The position numbers were made by a program, and so were the translations under genes. From Clostridiales bacterium (GTDB taxonomy: Bacteria > Bacillota > Clostridia > Saccharofermentanales > Saccharofermentanaceae), in NCBI GenBank assembly GCA_017513085.1, contig JAFWDK010000009.1:1-64000 (forward strand): a stretch of 64,000 nt of DNA, written 5' to 3'. Each line of letters opens with the position of its first letter. Position 1 is the stretch's first letter. The notes beneath the pieces are model-generated. The model ran no database searches and was not told the origin of the DNA. It saw only the letters and a list, made by a program, of their open reading frames with translations. Of the stretch, positions 19,822-29,769 are shown piece after piece.

Positions 19822-20649
19822 TTACCAGCAGGATTCAATTTCGTTTTCACTATAAGATTCGACTTTCCTGCCGTCGCGCATGGAAACCATATAACGACCG
19901 TGGTGAATGTCGACAATGCTTCCTTCCAGACCACTGTATTTTACACGGACATGATCTCCTATACGAAACCGAGGAGAGGTGTCCTTTTTAGAGAGCTTCT
20001 TTCTGATCGAATTCAGTTCGAAAAGCGCGCCGATTCCGGCCAGTGTGTGCTTCTTGTCCGGCTTGGATTCTTCGTCAAAGTCGAATTCGTCATCGTCGTC
20101 AAAAACATGCGTGCCTTGTTTCTTGTCGATAGCGTGAATCAGTTTTTCGTCAGCCGTGCACGCCAGTTCCTCCAGAACACCTTCCGGAAAACGCAAACCT
20201 TCCTGGTACTCGAGTTTGACAACATACGTCAGGGTCTTTTCATCAAGGAAAGCAGAAAGATCCTCCAGCTCCAGCGCAGAGAAACGGATATGACAATCCA
20301 ACGCCAGCCGGACCACTCGCGCAAAGTCTTCTTCGGACATATAATCCGCTGATTCGAGAATATCTCCTGACGAAACAGCGAGTCCACGATTAAGCGCAAG
20401 TTCCAGTAATCGGTATACCTGCTCCTCAGAGATATAATCGTAGAATTCGATAATGTCAGTTCCGGTATAGTCGTTGTGCTCGTTGACTGCCCCTTCGGCC
20501 AGCCGATAGCACGCATCGTTGGATGTAAGGTAATCGCAAGCATCCACGACCTCGTTCGCCGGACCATAATTCTCCAATTGAGAGATATTTCTTATGATCG
20601 TCTTTTCTGACCAGTCATCGATTTTCGAGTAGAAGTATTCCCATTCCAT
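19822..20649 (-). CDS. Hypothetical acidic helical protein with a C-terminal KOW/SH3-like domain
   Basis: RBS GGAGG; C-terminal FRIGDHVRVKYSGLEGSIVDI. Confidence 0.7.
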   Translation of the reverse strand: MEWEYFYSKIDDWSEKTIIRNISQLENYGPANEVVDACDYLTSNDACYRLAEGAVNEHNDYTGTDIIEFYDYISEEQVYRLLELALNRGLAVSSGDILESADYMSEEDFARVVRLALDCHIRFSALELEDLSAFLDEKTLTYVVKLEYQEGLRFPEGVLEELACTADEKLIHAIDKKQGTHVFDDDDEFDFDEESKPDKKHTLAGIGALFELNSIRKKLSKKDTSPRFRIGDHVRVKYSGLEGSIVDIHHGRYMVSMRDGRKVESYSENEIESCW

Positions 20650-20791
20650 ATCCTGACCTCCGTATGACTATCTCCTGCATTCATTATAACTATGGTATCT
20701 CTTTTCCAAAAGCACTATAATGAGTTTATCTTTTTTATGTTTCGGGAAAGTGCTTTTTCCGAAATGAATCTACTAGAAAGAGGTGATCTAT

Positions 20792-21337
20792 ATGGCTAAT
20801 CCGAATCCGTACTCCGGCACGAAGACCGAGAAAAATCTTGAGGCTGCATTTGCAGGAGAATCCCAGGCAAGAAACAAGTATACCTATTTTGCATCCGTCG
20901 CGAAGAAAGAAGGCTACGAACAGATGGCAGCGCTTTTTCTGAAGACGGCAGAGAACGAAAAAGAACATGCAAAGATGTGGTTCAAGGAACTGAAGGGTAT
21001 CGGTGATACGAAGGCCAATCTGGCGGCTGCGGCGGATGGTGAGAATTACGAGTGGACGGATATGTATGAGAGCTTTGCAAAAACCGCGGAGGAGGAAGGC
21101 TTTGCAGATCTGGCGAAGAAGTTCCGCCTTGTTGCGGCTATCGAGAAGCACCATGAAGAGCGTTATCGTGCGCTTCTGAAGAATATCGAGACTGCTCAGG
21201 TTTTTGAGAAGAGTGAAGTAAAGGTTTGGGAGTGCAGAAACTGCGGTCACATCGTAGTTGGTACCAAGGCTCCGGACGTTTGCCCGACTTGTAATCATCC
21301 ACAGTCTTATTTCGAGGTCAGTGAAGCGAATTACTGA
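20792..21337 (+). CDS. rbr: Rubrerythrin
   Basis: [24 protein letters not shown] and a C-terminal rubredoxin WECRNCG...CPTCNH. Confidence 0.95.
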   Translation: MANPNPYSGTKTEKNLEAAFAGESQARNKYTYFASVAKKEGYEQMAALFLKTAENEKEHAKMWFKELKGIGDTKANLAAAADGENYEWTDMYESFAKTAEEEGFADLAKKFRLVAAIEKHHEERYRALLKNIETAQVFEKSEVKVWECRNCGHIVVGTKAPDVCPTCNHPQSYFEVSEANY

Positions 21338-21346
21338 GAAATCAAT

Positions 21347-22408
21347 TCATCTGTACATGCGGATCGCGGAGGCAAATGCCAGCGATCCGTATTTTTTTGC
21401 ACTGACCAGCTCGCCGAACTTTTTGGCATTTCCCTTGATCGGCTCTTGGTCCGGAAGGTGTATCTCGTACCCGATCATGTTCCAACGAAGATGAGAGAAG
21501 ATATGCTTGCCCGTTCCCAGTACACGGATATCCGGCTCGATGAAGGAAGCGGCAAGAGAACTATCGCCGCAAAACTCGAGTAGATTATCCTTCAACCATT
21601 TTTTTACTTCGTGATATTCCATATTCCCGGGAAGATCCACCAGTTCGAAAAGACCGGCGAGTAGTCCGGAAGACGGACGCTTGTGGACAAGTATCTTCTT
21701 ACCGACAAAAATGCGTAGGATCGTATGCTCCTCGACAGGCGTCTCTTTTTTCGTTTTCTTCAAAGGAAAGTCTTCCTGTTTCCCAAGAAGATTGGCGCTG
21801 CACTCCGTAGCAAAAGGACATGCTGTGCAACGGGGGCTCTTGGGTGTGCAGATCAGGGAGCCGAAATCCATCAGAGCTTCGTTAAAATCTCCCGGTTCTT
21901 CCGGAGGAATATCCTTCGCGACGCGGGAATAAACTTCGTTATAGGTTGTTCTTTCCGAAGGGATCATCGGCAGGGCGTAAAGTCGGCAGTAGATGCGGAT
22001 ACAATTACCATCCACAGCAGGAACGGGCTCCTGAAAAGCCTGTGAGGCAATGGCCCCGGCCATATACGGGCCGATGCCGGGAATCCGGATCAGAAGATCA
22101 GAAGATTCGGGAAGCTCTCCATCAAAATGCTCACAAACGTATCTGGCGCCACGCATCAGGTTTCTGGCACGCGAATAATAACCGAGACCTTCCCAAAGCT
22201 TCAATACCTCATCTTCCGAAGACGCGGCCAGTGAGCGGATGTCAGGAAAGTGTTCCAGAAAACGCGGATAATAATCGAGAACGGTAGTCACCCGAGTCTG
22301 TTGCAGCATCGCTTCGGAGATCCAGGTACCGTAAGGCGTGCGGTCGGTCCGCCAGGGAAGGCAACGGTGATTGTTCCTATACCAGGAGAGAAGTGATTCT
22401 ACGTCCAT
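21347..22408 (-). CDS. mutY: A/G-specific adenine DNA glycosylase
   Basis: WISEAMLQQT, WEGLGYYSRARNL, HhH IPGIGPY, VDGN and the Fe-S motif CTPKSPRCTACPFATEC. Confidence 0.93.
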   Translation of the reverse strand: MDVESLLSWYRNNHRCLPWRTDRTPYGTWISEAMLQQTRVTTVLDYYPRFLEHFPDIRSLAASSEDEVLKLWEGLGYYSRARNLMRGARYVCEHFDGELPESSDLLIRIPGIGPYMAGAIASQAFQEPVPAVDGNCIRIYCRLYALPMIPSERTTYNEVYSRVAKDIPPEEPGDFNEALMDFGSLICTPKSPRCTACPFATECSANLLGKQEDFPLKKTKKETPVEEHTILRIFVGKKILVHKRPSSGLLAGLFELVDLPGNMEYHEVKKWLKDNLLEFCGDSSLAASFIEPDIRVLGTGKHIFSHLRWNMIGYEIHLPDQEPIKGNAKKFGELVSAKKYGSLAFASAIRMYR

Positions 22409-22947
22409 GGCAGAAGCGCGATCAAAAGAGAAAATGCATGCGCGATCGGAGCGAAAAACTTCTTCTTGGAAAGCTTACGTCCAAGTTCTGAGAAAAACTC
22501 TTTGTTGGCACAATGCTTGTCGGCGAGCATGACCAGAATGCTTTCACGGTATCTCGGCGGAACCGGAGTCAGCGGAAACATGTGGCGCACAATAATGTTT
22601 TCTTCAATAGGTGTCAGATCAAATTCGCGTCTGGCGTTCTCCAACGCAATTTTAGGATGCGCAAAGCCATGGAGTTTATCCAACTTGACTGTGTGCCAGT
22701 CGTAGAGAAAGTAGTCGTGAAGAAGCGCGCCACGCACAAGCTGGTCTTTCTTGAATCGGAAGGGAAGATGCATAGCTATCGAAAGCGCGGTCTTAGCTAC
22801 GGCCATGACATGATCGTAGCAAGTACAGGTCCCGTGTTGGATATACTGACGTAAAGGCTCCAGTTTTCCGCTTGCAAGGATCGGAGCCGCCAGGGAATCA
22901 AAAAGAATGTCCAACTTATACTGTCGCTTCAAAAGGTCTCTCCCCAT
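22399..22947 (-). CDS. HD-domain phosphohydrolase
   Basis: QHG...H, RGALLHDYFLYDWH, HGFAHP and HMFP...ADK. Confidence 0.88.
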   Translation of the reverse strand: MGRDLLKRQYKLDILFDSLAAPILASGKLEPLRQYIQHGTCTCYDHVMAVAKTALSIAMHLPFRFKKDQLVRGALLHDYFLYDWHTVKLDKLHGFAHPKIALENARREFDLTPIEENIIVRHMFPLTPVPPRYRESILVMLADKHCANKEFFSELGRKLSKKKFFAPIAHAFSLLIALLPWT

Positions 22948-23174
22948 TCATACGCATATCTAATAACATTCTAATACATTTTGAGCGGTATTTGAATATG
23001 AGTAGAAACTTTTTCATAACCCGAACCGTGACAGCAGTTACCGGTTTATCTTTCCCGAAAAGGTCGGAAAGGCGATTTAACAAGGGATATTATGTTCTTG
23101 GAGTATATATTTTTCCTTATCTTTGCATGTTATACTTTAAACTGATAAAAAATTTTATTACGTGGAGGGGTGCT

Positions 23175-26100
23175 ATGAAAAAGAGAAGTATTTTTTCGTT
23201 AGGTGGTGTGCTCGCGCTAAGTGCGGCGATAGTGCTTTTTGCACCGAAACTGTCTTCAAGAGTTGTTCGCGCCGGTGTCGAGTCGGATGGCTCTGTAAAA
23301 CTTGATGCAAGTAATTTCCCGGATGCAGTCTTCCGCTCCATCCTGGCTGATAGAGATAAAGACAAAGATGGCTATTTATCTCAAAAAGAACGTCAAGCCG
23401 TTAATCGCATTTTTATCAGTAATGCGGAATGCAAATCTATAAAAGGAATCGAGTATTTTGAAAACCTTGACACTCTCACAGTATGGAATTCTTCGATCAG
23501 CAGTGTGGATCTTTCAAAGAATACTGCCTTGACATCGGTCGAGCTTAAAGTAAAAGGCATGACAAGCCTGAACGTATCTAAGAATACAGCTTTAAAGATA
23601 TTGGAGATTCATTCAACTGCGGGAGCTGATGAGATTTCATCTTTGAATCTTAAGGGTGCTACTGCATTGGAGACTTTGGATTGTTCCAATAATGCACTTT
23701 CATCTCTTGATATTTCTGCCAATAATAACCTTAAGACGTTGAATTGCAGTTATAACCAGTTTGCATCGCTTGATTTTTCAAATAACAGTACCCTGACAAA
23801 AATCATCTGTGGCAATAATCCTTTAACCTCTTTGAATTGTTCCAATATGCCGTCTCTGATTTCGCTGGATTGCACCATGTATTCGAAGCCTTTACTTCTG
23901 AAAAACTTAAATGTTACCGGTGACACGAAGTTAGAAGATCTGTCTTGCAAATACCTGAACATTACAGCGTTGGACCTGTCTACATGTACGTCGTTGAAGG
24001 ATCTGGATATTTATCGTGATCCTTATTCCTCGGCCAAATCGGATCCTATGACCAGCCTTGATCTTTCTAATAATACGCTACTGGAAACCGTAGATTGTAC
24101 GGCGAATGGGTTAACGAAGTTGACCCTGCCGACCAGCACGACCTTATCCGAGATCCAGTGCCGGAACAATAAGCTTACGGATCTGAATGTGAAAACCCTA
24201 TCGGGACTGACAAAGTTAGATTGCAGTAGCAATCAGCTTACCAAGTTAACGATCGGATCCTTAAAACAGCTGACAGAACTGGAATGTCAGAGTAATGCGC
24301 TAACAACGCTAAGTGTTTCCGGCTGTTCCAAACTTTCTAAATTGAACTGCAGTTACAATCGCTCCTTGGCAACACTTACGCTACCCGGTTCAGGTGCATC
24401 GCTGAAAAATCTTACCTGCAATTATAATGTCCTCACTGCATTGGACCTGTCAAAGTATACAGCTCTAGAGTATTTGGACTGCTCAGTAAATGCTATTGAA
24501 TCTTTGGATGTTTCCATGTTGAAGGAACTTACATACCTGAATTGTTCAGCTAATAAACTGATTTCTCTGGATGTATCAAATCTTGGAAAGTTGAAGAGAC
24601 TTTTTTGTAATTACTCTTCCTCTTCGACGGGTACGAATATAGGAGAAAATTCTAAGCTCAAAACTCTAAATGTCAGTGGGGCAACGTCGTTACAGGAATT
24701 GGAGTTTGCTTCAAATGAGATATCCTCTATTGATCTTTCCGGATTAAGTGATCTTCGTAGATTGATTTGTTCAGGAAATGCACTGGTTTCGTTGCAATTA
24801 CAAGATTCCCCACTGATTGAAGAAATCACTTGTTCAAACAATGAGTTGACATCTATAAAACTGGGAAGCAAAGAAAACCTTACAGAGTTGTTATGCTACA
24901 GAAACAAGTTTACTACTCTTGATCTGTCATCTGCTCCGAAATTGGAACAGCTTTCTTGTCACACAAATAACCTTACTTCGCTTAAAGTTTCCGGTGACAT
25001 ATCCTTGGAAAAACTGAATTGTTCTTCCAATGCATTGACCAGTCTGGATGTTTCTAATCTTTCCTCTCTAGTTGAGTTGAATTGCTACAGCAACAAAATC
25101 AAGACGTTGAAACTAAGCGGTGTGACGACGATCAAAAAGCTGTTGTGCTATGACAATCAGATTGCAACACTGGATGCTTCAAAGATTTCTGCTTTGCGTG
25201 AACTAAATTGTAATACGAATCAGATCACGCAACTGAATGTATCCGGGGCAGTAGCTTTAGAAACCCTGAATTGCCGTGAAAATGCCATCTCTGCTTTGGA
25301 TGTGTCGCATAGTACTTCGCTAAGAGAACTTGATTGCGCACATAATCAGATCAAGACTTTGAATCTTTCGAAAAATGCCGAGCTGAAAGAAGTGGAGTGT
25401 GAATACAATCTGCTTGAATCCTTGAATATAGTTGGAGCTACCGCGTTAGAAGAATTAAAATGCACGTGCAACCAGCTTTCCTCGCTGAATCTGTCAAAGA
25501 GTGCAAATCTCTCTTGTTTGGAATGCTACCATAACAAGATTTATGAGCTTCAGTTGGACGGGGCACCGATCATTCTTTCTTGTGTGAAAGCTTATAAAAG
25601 CAAGTGGAGCACGCATTGTTATGATAAGGAATGGCCGTTCTATGTGTATTCGACGAGTAGCGACCACTTCTTTGCGGATCGCCTGGAGTGTGACTTGTAC
25701 ACAGGTCTTATATCCAAGAGTCTTACTCCGACTCCGACTCCGCCCCCGCCGGCAGACGATGCGGTAATGCTGAATTCGGCTAATTTCCCGGATCCGAACT
25801 TCCTTGAATATATTATTAATCAGGGGTTTGATACAAACCATAATGGCGCTCTGGAAAAAGAAGAAATCCAAGAGGTTCATGCAATCTCTTGTGATAATTT
25901 CGGAATCAAATCGATGAAAGGATTATCGTATTTTACGGCGCTTCAAGATTTCTGCTGTAGGAATAACCAGCTGACTTCGCTGGATCTGAGCAATCTGACT
26001 GAATTGTACGGCCTGGCATGTGAGGGGAACCAGATCTCTGTGATCAATATATACAGTTGCCCACGCCTTGTGAAACTTGTTGAGAATTATGATAGACAGG

Positions 26101-27134
26101 TCTCGGATGATGGAAGTTATCATTTCTATTATGGTGGAGTTTCTATAGACGGTTGGAGAGGCATGGTAGATTTGTTTATCGATCCGAATGTTGAGATTTC
26201 TACTGTGAAGCCGACACCTACTCCGACTCCGGTTACACAGAAGTCTGTCGAGATCGGCAAGAGCTTCCAGTATTCCATTTGGGATATCCCGGCAGAAAGC
26301 ATCTCATGGTCGGTGGGGAACACTTCTGTTGCCACAGTCGATGCAAACGGTAAAGTAACAGGAAAGAGCATCGGTAACACGTATCTTCATATTGGACTTC
26401 CGGACGGAAAAACGATCAAGTGCCTTGTTAAAGTGGTCTATCCGACGCTGTCTGTCCGCTATACAGAAAAGACGTTGTATGTTAACCAGACTTTCCAGTT
26501 TGCCGTAACCGGAGCATCCGGTCAGAAGGTAACCTGGTCCGTGGGAAACTCTTCAGTAGCTACTGTGGATCAGAACGGCAAGGTCACGGCCAAGAGTGCA
26601 GCGAATACATATCTTTATGCCAAGAGTGCGGACGGCCGTGTTGCGAAGTGCCTGCTGAAAGTCGTTGATCCGGGCCCGCTCGGAATCAACTACACAGAGA
26701 AGACAGTCTACTTGGGTCAGAACTTCACATTCACAGCAAAGAACGCCGGCATCCTGACTCCGACCTGGTCAGTGGGTAATACCGCGATTGCAAAAGTAGA
26801 CAGTAACGGAAAGGTTACATCTGTTTCGGCCGGCAACACGTATCTTTATGTGAAGACAGATGATGGTCGTTCGGCAAGATGCCTGGTTAAAGTAGTTGAC
26901 CCGGGACCATTGAGCATCACCTATACCGAGAAGACCATCAAGGTTGGCAGTAGCTTCCATTTCTCTGCGAAAAACCCGGCTGGACAGACAGTTTCCTGGA
27001 GAGTCGGAAACACAGCGGTTGCTACAGTCGATGCAAACGGCAATGTGACTGGCAAGAGCGTCGCAAATACCTGGCTTTATGCAAGTACCCCGGACGGCCG
27101 AGAAGTCAGATGCCTGATCAAGGTCGTATCATGA
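23175..27134 (+). CDS. Large secreted Cys-containing leucine-rich-repeat protein with C-terminal Ig-like (Big_2) repeats
   Basis: Signal peptide; NFPD...D.DKDG.L cap twice; many LxxLxCxxNxLxxLD repeats; four WSVGNTxVATVDxxGKVT-type repeats. Confidence 0.9.
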   Translation: MKKRSIFSLGGVLALSAAIVLFAPKLSSRVVRAGVESDGSVKLDASNFPDAVFRSILADRDKDKDGYLSQKERQAVNRIFISNAECKSIKGIEYFENLDTLTVWNSSISSVDLSKNTALTSVELKVKGMTSLNVSKNTALKILEIHSTAGADEISSLNLKGATALETLDCSNNALSSLDISANNNLKTLNCSYNQFASLDFSNNSTLTKIICGNNPLTSLNCSNMPSLISLDCTMYSKPLLLKNLNVTGDTKLEDLSCKYLNITALDLSTCTSLKDLDIYRDPYSSAKSDPMTSLDLSNNTLLETVDCTANGLTKLTLPTSTTLSEIQCRNNKLTDLNVKTLSGLTKLDCSSNQLTKLTIGSLKQLTELECQSNALTTLSVSGCSKLSKLNCSYNRSLATLTLPGSGASLKNLTCNYNVLTALDLSKYTALEYLDCSVNAIESLDVSMLKELTYLNCSANKLISLDVSNLGKLKRLFCNYSSSSTGTNIGENSKLKTLNVSGATSLQELEFASNEISSIDLSGLSDLRRLICSGNALVSLQLQDSPLIEEITCSNNELTSIKLGSKENLTELLCYRNKFTTLDLSSAPKLEQLSCHTNNLTSLKVSGDISLEKLNCSSNALTSLDVSNLSSLVELNCYSNKIKTLKLSGVTTIKKLLCYDNQIATLDASKISALRELNCNTNQITQLNVSGAVALETLNCRENAISALDVSHSTSLRELDCAHNQIKTLNLSKNAELKEVECEYNLLESLNIVGATALEELKCTCNQLSSLNLSKSANLSCLECYHNKIYELQLDGAPIILSCVKAYKSKWSTHCYDKEWPFYVYSTSSDHFFADRLECDLYTGLISKSLTPTPTPPPPADDAVMLNSANFPDPNFLEYIINQGFDTNHNGALEKEEIQEVHAISCDNFGIKSMKGLSYFTALQDFCCRNNQLTSLDLSNLTELYGLACEGNQISVINIYSCPRLVKLVENYDRQVSDDGSYHFYYGGVSIDGWRGMVDLFIDPNVEISTVKPTPTPTPVTQKSVEIGKSFQYSIWDIPAESISWSVGNTSVATVDANGKVTGKSIGNTYLHIGLPDGKTIKCLVKVVYPTLSVRYTEKTLYVNQTFQFAVTGASGQKVTWSVGNSSVATVDQNGKVTAKSAANTYLYAKSADGRVAKCLLKVVDPGPLGINYTEKTVYLGQNFTFTAKNAGILTPTWSVGNTAIAKVDSNGKVTSVSAGNTYLYVKTDDGRSARCLVKVVDPGPLSITYTEKTIKVGSSFHFSAKNPAGQTVSWRVGNTAVATVDANGNVTGKSVANTWLYASTPDGREVRCLIKVVS

Positions 27135-27171
27135 CATGGAAGAACTAAGGACTCTCTCGTAGCGATAGAAC

Positions 27172-27207
27172 AAGACGGGCATTTCCGAAAGGAGATGCCC
27201 GTCTTTT
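27172..27207 (+). terminator. Rho-independent terminator
   Basis: AAGACGGGCATTTCC-GAAA-GGAGATGCCCGTCTT plus T tail. Confidence 0.85.
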
Positions 27208-27262
27208 GTATGTTTGAAGAGATATATGTAATCTTGTGAAGTGAAACAATTACAGTATATAT

Positions 27263-28129
27263 TCACAAATCCTCGCCATAGTCGCGCTGAATCTGGTTTG
27301 CCTCTTTTACGAGAACTTGTCCCTCGTCAGAAGTCAGAAATTCACGTATGCGTTGTATTTCCATATTGGGGTTATCTTTTCCGAATATCATATATATCGG
27401 ATGCTGCAGTGGATAACCGGAATCAAATGCCGTATATCCATTGACTTTTATCATTTTTGCGCAGGCGTGGGAATACATTTTCGTGAAGTAAGACCAGAAC
27501 GCGTAGCATATGGCGCCTGGATAGTCGGCTACGTCGTCAATTATACCGGGCATGGTTGGTACTTCTTTATGATTTATATCCAGAGGCGTCTTTCTTAATA
27601 ATTTAGTAAAGCATGTATGGCTTCCATTTCCATCTGTCAACTGGTATGTTCTGACTATGAGATCGGGACCTCCTAGTTCTTTCCAATTCTTTATTTTGCC
27701 AAGATAGAGGTCTAGTATATTATTTGTAGTCAAATCATTTACAGAGTTTTCTTTGTTAAGTATTATTGCAAGCGGTTCCATCAGAATTGGAACAAATTCA
27801 TACTCTCGTCCCGATTCGATCAAAGATTTTCTTTGGCTTTCGGATGGTTCCGTAGAGAAAAGAATATCTATATCATTTCTGCATAGTAAACTGTATCCGT
27901 CACCGGTAGCTTCTTTGTACAGGGTGAATCCATTCCGATAACTTTCTTTGTCGTAAATGCTTTCAACAATTGTGGCAACTAGAGGATAAAAAGCACTGGT
28001 GGCTCTCATACGGAGTGTTTTATCTTTTACTTGAAAATCTGTCCTGAACTTTTTTAGAGCATTGCCTTCTCTAAAAGGGATAAATCTTCTGACATCTGTC
28101 TTGATGACAATATCTTTTTTATTGATCAT
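27263..28129 (-). CDS. PstS-like (PBP superfamily) substrate-binding protein lacking a signal peptide
   Basis: ATSAFYPL, ENSVNDLT...LYLGKIKNWKELGG and GSHT motifs; RBS AGGAGG before ATG 28129. Confidence 0.75.
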   Translation of the reverse strand: MINKKDIVIKTDVRRFIPFREGNALKKFRTDFQVKDKTLRMRATSAFYPLVATIVESIYDKESYRNGFTLYKEATGDGYSLLCRNDIDILFSTEPSESQRKSLIESGREYEFVPILMEPLAIILNKENSVNDLTTNNILDLYLGKIKNWKELGGPDLIVRTYQLTDGNGSHTCFTKLLRKTPLDINHKEVPTMPGIIDDVADYPGAICYAFWSYFTKMYSHACAKMIKVNGYTAFDSGYPLQHPIYMIFGKDNPNMEIQRIREFLTSDEGQVLVKEANQIQRDYGEDL

Positions 28130-28388
28130 TTTCGGAAATCCTCCTCTGATAAATGCGGACACGATCTTGACATGACCGGATAAGTTGTGTGGAGAAAGGG
28201 GTCCTCCCAATGCCGGTATATCTGCCTGGATCTCCCAATATATGGGTGGTTGTAAACTGGTGCTTAAGTGCTATAATCACATGTATATTGATGTGGTCAT
28301 GATATTTTATTCAATTATAGCATTTTCCCTGATTTGTGGATATGGCTATTTGAATGTGTTGATTGCCGGGGTTGAGGGTGAATAATAT

Positions 28389-29750
28389 ATGAGGGAATTC
28401 CAATACACGCATTTTTATTCTCATGAATTTGATGCATATAATCTGCCTGGTTTTGTTCCGCAGATCATTGATAAAGACTATCTGAAAGATTTAGGTGTGG
28501 GGGTTACTCCATCTTCGGAAACTATGAAGCGACTGTTTGAAGGATCAGTTGTTTTTAAGAAAAGGTTTGAGGAAAGAACGTTGTTGCCGCTTTCGCGTGC
28601 AGTGCAAACGGACATAGTACCGGAAAAAGTTGCTACGGAGATACATAATTATACGGGACGCTGCCCAACACTTACATTTGAGATAAACCCCGTGAAGGGC
28701 TGCAATGTGGGATGCCAGTATTGTCTTGTTTCGGATGGTGTTCATGAACAGCAGATCAATATACTGGGAAATTATCATCTCTATGTTAGAAAACTGCTCT
28801 CGGAGATGAACGGGTCTTCGCAAAAAGAGGTGAGTTCTGAAGATATCAAGAGAAGAAATCAGCTTTTGGCTGAACTTGCTTCTGCGATAGAATCCGCGCC
28901 AGACAAAAAAACTGAGATTGAAAATAAGATCACTGAGATAAGTAGAGGGAAGAATTGGAACCATTTTTACTATTTTTCGCCTAAGACGGAAGCTCTTCAG
29001 GAAACTACGATCAAGACAGGAGTGGCACATCGGATCTTAAAAGAGTTTATCAGACATTTTGAGGAATACCCTGATTCCAATGCGAGGTTGTTTGTTGCTT
29101 CCAAAGCTGGTGTAAAGCATCTTCTATACGAATACGAAGGAGAGACTATTCTTGATCTGTTTGTCCGTCTAAAGGATAAAATGCAGTTCAACACAAGCGT
29201 TTCCATCATGCCGAACGAGCTCCGGAATATTCTTGAACCATATGCCGCTCCAATCGAGGAACGCATGAAGGCTGTTGATTTATGCCAACAAAACGGGATC
29301 CTTGCACAATCGGCACTTGTTCAGCCGATAATCTTGCCGTTCCTTACAGAAACCCAAATCAAAGAATTTTTCGACATGCTGAAGAAACACAACATAATAA
29401 ATTATAAACCTGAATTTCTTACAGCGTGTATGGAGAATCTAGCTATGATCGGCCAGTATCTCGGTTACTTTGATAAAAATCTTGAAAGAGCACTTTATGA
29501 TGACTACATCATGCCGTCGAATGCAGACCATAAGAAACAGCGGGGGAGAACAGCACCGGACAGAGCGCTATCAAAAGAGAGTATTACAAAAATGATGAAC
29601 TACACGAAGAGCATAGGATTGACTACCAGTATTTGTTATTGGGTGAGAAATCAACTGAAGATTGGGAATGACGTGATCCCCGTCATTAACCAAAACGGCT
29701 TTCAGTGTTTGGGATACCAGTCTCAACTTTTTGACTTGAACAAAAAGTAG
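28389..29750 (+). CDS. Radical SAM protein, spore photoproduct lyase (SPL)-like family
   Basis: EINPVKGCNVGCQYC (CX3CX2C), LEPYAAPIEERMKA and QNGI...VQPII. Confidence 0.8.
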   Translation: MREFQYTHFYSHEFDAYNLPGFVPQIIDKDYLKDLGVGVTPSSETMKRLFEGSVVFKKRFEERTLLPLSRAVQTDIVPEKVATEIHNYTGRCPTLTFEINPVKGCNVGCQYCLVSDGVHEQQINILGNYHLYVRKLLSEMNGSSQKEVSSEDIKRRNQLLAELASAIESAPDKKTEIENKITEISRGKNWNHFYYFSPKTEALQETTIKTGVAHRILKEFIRHFEEYPDSNARLFVASKAGVKHLLYEYEGETILDLFVRLKDKMQFNTSVSIMPNELRNILEPYAAPIEERMKAVDLCQQNGILAQSALVQPIILPFLTETQIKEFFDMLKKHNIINYKPEFLTACMENLAMIGQYLGYFDKNLERALYDDYIMPSNADHKKQRGRTAPDRALSKESITKMMNYTKSIGLTTSICYWVRNQLKIGNDVIPVINQNGFQCLGYQSQLFDLNKK

Positions 29751-29769
29751 ATCTGTTACCGGAACTGGT

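Noticed and set aside
22872-23174. N-terminal extension of the LRR ORF given by the track
   Set aside because: It overlaps the divergent HD gene and its promoter region. The RBS (GGAGG) and signal peptide support ATG 23175.
28185-28385. 66-aa ORF as a RiPP precursor for the radical SAM
   Set aside because: TTG start without a clear RBS, it spans the divergent promoter region, and the radical SAM has no visible SPASM or RRE domain. Not fully excluded.
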